Origin: Akkermansia muciniphila
Lineage (GTDB): Bacteria > Verrucomicrobiota > Kiritimatiellia > RFP12 > JAAYNR01
Reading direction: 5' to 3'
Assembly (NCBI GenBank): GCA_945870025.1
Contig: CAMBQN010000002.1
Coordinates: forward strand, 6,994 to 70,993
DNA: 64,000 nt
Below, piece after piece: positions 62,248 through 64,000 of the stretch (position 1 is the stretch's first letter; each line of letters starts with the position of its first letter). The notes under the pieces were generated by a model. It was given only the letters and a program-made list of their open reading frames with translations. It ran no database searches and had not been told where the DNA came from. Made by a program: the position numbers and the translations under genes.

Positions 62248-63114
62248 ATGTTCACCGGCACTTACACGGCGATTGTCACCCCTTTCAACCGGGACGGCTC
62301 GGTCGACTTCGGTTGCTTCCGCGCGCTCGTCGACTGGCAGATCGCCTCGGGTGTGGACGGTCTCGTTCCCGTCGGCACCACGGGAGAATCGCCAACCCTC
62401 GAAATGGACGAGCATCTGAAGGTCATTGAAGCTGCGGTCGCCGCCGCCGCCGGCCGCGTGCCGGTGATCGCTGGCACCGGCGCCAATTCCACCGCCGAAG
62501 CTCTCCAACTCACCCGGGGCGTCCTGAACATGGGCGTTGCCGGCACGCTGCAGGTGACGCCCTACTACAACAAGCCGAACCAGGAGGGTCTCTTCCGCCA
62601 CTTCTCCGCCGTTGCCGACCTCGGCCTCCCCGTTGTGCTGTACAATGTGCCGGGCCGGTCTTCGCGCGAAATCGCCGTCGAGACGGTGGTCCGTCTGGCC
62701 GCGCACCCCCAGATCGTGGCCATCAAGGAGGCGGGCGGCAGCGTCGAACGGGTCAGCGCCATTGCCGACGCCTGCGACCTCGCCATCCTGTCCGGCGACG
62801 ACGGCCTGGCCGTGCCGATGATCAGCGTCGGCGCCGTCGGCCTGATCAGCGTCGCCTCCAACGTCGCGCCGCGCGAGGTCGCCGACATGGTCCGCGCCGC
62901 CTGCTCCGGCGACTTCCGCGCCGCTGGCGCCGCCCACCGCCGCCTCTATCCGCTCTTCCGGGACCTGTTCATCGACACCAACCCGATTCCGGTGAAGGCC
63001 GCCCTCGCCCTCCTCGGCCGCTGCCCCGAAGTCTACCGCCTCCCACTCTGCGAGACGTCGACCAAGATCCGCGAACAAATCCGCGCCACCCTTTCGGCGC
63101 TCAACCGGGTGTGA
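62248..63114 (+). CDS. dapA: 4-hydroxy-tetrahydrodipicolinate synthase
   Basis: GTTGESPTL, PYYNKP, LYNVPGR, IKEA, SGDD, NPIPVK; GGAGG RBS. Confidence 0.97.
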   Translation: MFTGTYTAIVTPFNRDGSVDFGCFRALVDWQIASGVDGLVPVGTTGESPTLEMDEHLKVIEAAVAAAAGRVPVIAGTGANSTAEALQLTRGVLNMGVAGTLQVTPYYNKPNQEGLFRHFSAVADLGLPVVLYNVPGRSSREIAVETVVRLAAHPQIVAIKEAGGSVERVSAIADACDLAILSGDDGLAVPMISVGAVGLISVASNVAPREVADMVRAACSGDFRAAGAAHRRLYPLFRDLFIDTNPIPVKAALALLGRCPEVYRLPLCETSTKIREQIRATLSALNRV

Positions 63115-63120
63115 CCTGAT

Positions 63121-63912
63121 ATGACAACAATCGCCATCCTCGGCGCGGCCGGCCGCATGGGTCAGATGCTGATCCGCTGTGCCGCGCGCCTGCCTGAACT
63201 CCGTGTGACCGGCGTCTGCGAACGGGCGGGACATCCCGCGCTCGGCCAGGACGCCGGCCAGATCGCCGGGATCGGTGCGCTCGGCGTCTCCCTCGCCGAC
63301 ACCTGGCCCGCCGATGCCGACGTCGTGATCGACTTCACGTTTCACACGGCCGTTGCCGCCAATCTGGACTGCGCCGTCGCCCGCCGCCAGGCCGTGGTGC
63401 TCGGCACCACCGGGCTTAGCGATGACGAGAAGCAGCGCGTCGCCGACGCCGCGAAGGTCATCCCCATCGTCTGGGCGCCCAACTTCAGTCTGGGCGTCAA
63501 CCTCCTCCTCGATCTCGTTCGCCGGGCCGCCACCGTGCTCGGTCCCGCTTATGACGCCGAGATCGTGGAGATGCACCACCGTCTGAAGAAGGACGCTCCC
63601 AGCGGCACCGCGCTCGGCCTTGCCGAAGCCCTTGCGGCGGGTCGCGGCGTGGATCTCAAGGCCGTCGCGACCTACGGCCGCGAGGGGATCGTCGGCGAGC
63701 GTCCTCGCGGTGAGATCGGCATCCACGCCGTCCGCGGCGGCGACGTTGTCGGCGACCACACGGTGCTTTTCGCTACCGACGGCGAACGGGTTGAACTCGC
63801 CCACAAGGCGACGTCACGCGAAGCCTTCGCCAACGGCGCGCTGCACGCAGCCCTCTGGCTCCGCAGCAAACCCGCCGGGCTTTACTCCATGCGCGATGTT
63901 CTGGGTCTGTGA
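63121..63912 (+). CDS. dapB: 4-hydroxy-tetrahydrodipicolinate reductase
   Basis: GAAGRMG, IDFT, GTTG, EMHHRLKKDAPSGTA. Confidence 0.97.
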   Translation: MTTIAILGAAGRMGQMLIRCAARLPELRVTGVCERAGHPALGQDAGQIAGIGALGVSLADTWPADADVVIDFTFHTAVAANLDCAVARRQAVVLGTTGLSDDEKQRVADAAKVIPIVWAPNFSLGVNLLLDLVRRAATVLGPAYDAEIVEMHHRLKKDAPSGTALGLAEALAAGRGVDLKAVATYGREGIVGERPRGEIGIHAVRGGDVVGDHTVLFATDGERVELAHKATSREAFANGALHAALWLRSKPAGLYSMRDVLGL

Positions 63913-63951
63913 ACGCGCGGCCGGGCATTGGCCCGTTGACGGTCTTCTTCC

Positions 63952-64000
63952 ATGACCTGTGAATCCATTCTCTCTCTCGGCAGCAACCTGGGCGACCGGC
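63952..64000 (+). CDS. folK: 5' end of 2-amino-4-hydroxy-6-hydroxymethyldihydropteridine diphosphokinase (partial)
   Basis: MTCESILSLGSNLGDR, the N-terminal signature of FolK. Confidence 0.8.
   Translation, partial: MTCESILSLGSNLGDR

Overview
High-GC bacterial chromosomal window. Gene content and synteny (dapA-dapB-folK, archaeal-type ThyA, several URO-D-family genes, a prepilin-type protein, HydF) suggest an anaerobic PVC-superphylum organism such as Kiritimatiellia or Lentisphaeria; this is inference only. Blocks from left to right: (1) 1-12 kb, an NADH-linked Cys-type formate dehydrogenase with an OFA-family MFS transporter, ModE, a WtpABC tungstate transporter and Mo/W-bisPGD biosynthesis genes (mobA fusion, moeA, short moaA, moaC, MOSC-mogA; no moaD/E), ending in a rex remnant. 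(2) 12.3-13.7 kb, a RAYT-like HUH transposase and an internally deleted type IIG R-M gene. (3) A Cys-rich ORF, carB and carA. (4) 19-33.7 kb, a cytoplasmic glycan-catabolism cluster (GH43, GH127-like, GH38, GH5-like, GH29-like/FGE fusion, two esterases) interleaved with two URO-D-fold genes. (5) Pilin-like gene, priA, dtd, oadG/oadB, orphan hydF. (6) A minus-strand operon of three Gfo/Idh/MocA, two AP-endonuclease-2 TIM-barrel, one URO-D and one LbH acyltransferase genes. (7) ligA, an apparent pseudokinase divergent from an unknown kinase-like gene overlapping thyA, then rhaB, GT4, uppP, tRNA-Asp, pdp, cdd, dapA, dapB and folK. Most notable: ~140-150 bp intergenic elements made of terminal inverted repeats around inverted microsatellite arms (one with a 13-bp flanking duplication), URO-D-fold enzymes embedded in glycan loci, and the pseudokinase/atypical kinase/ThyA module. 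No database searches were run.
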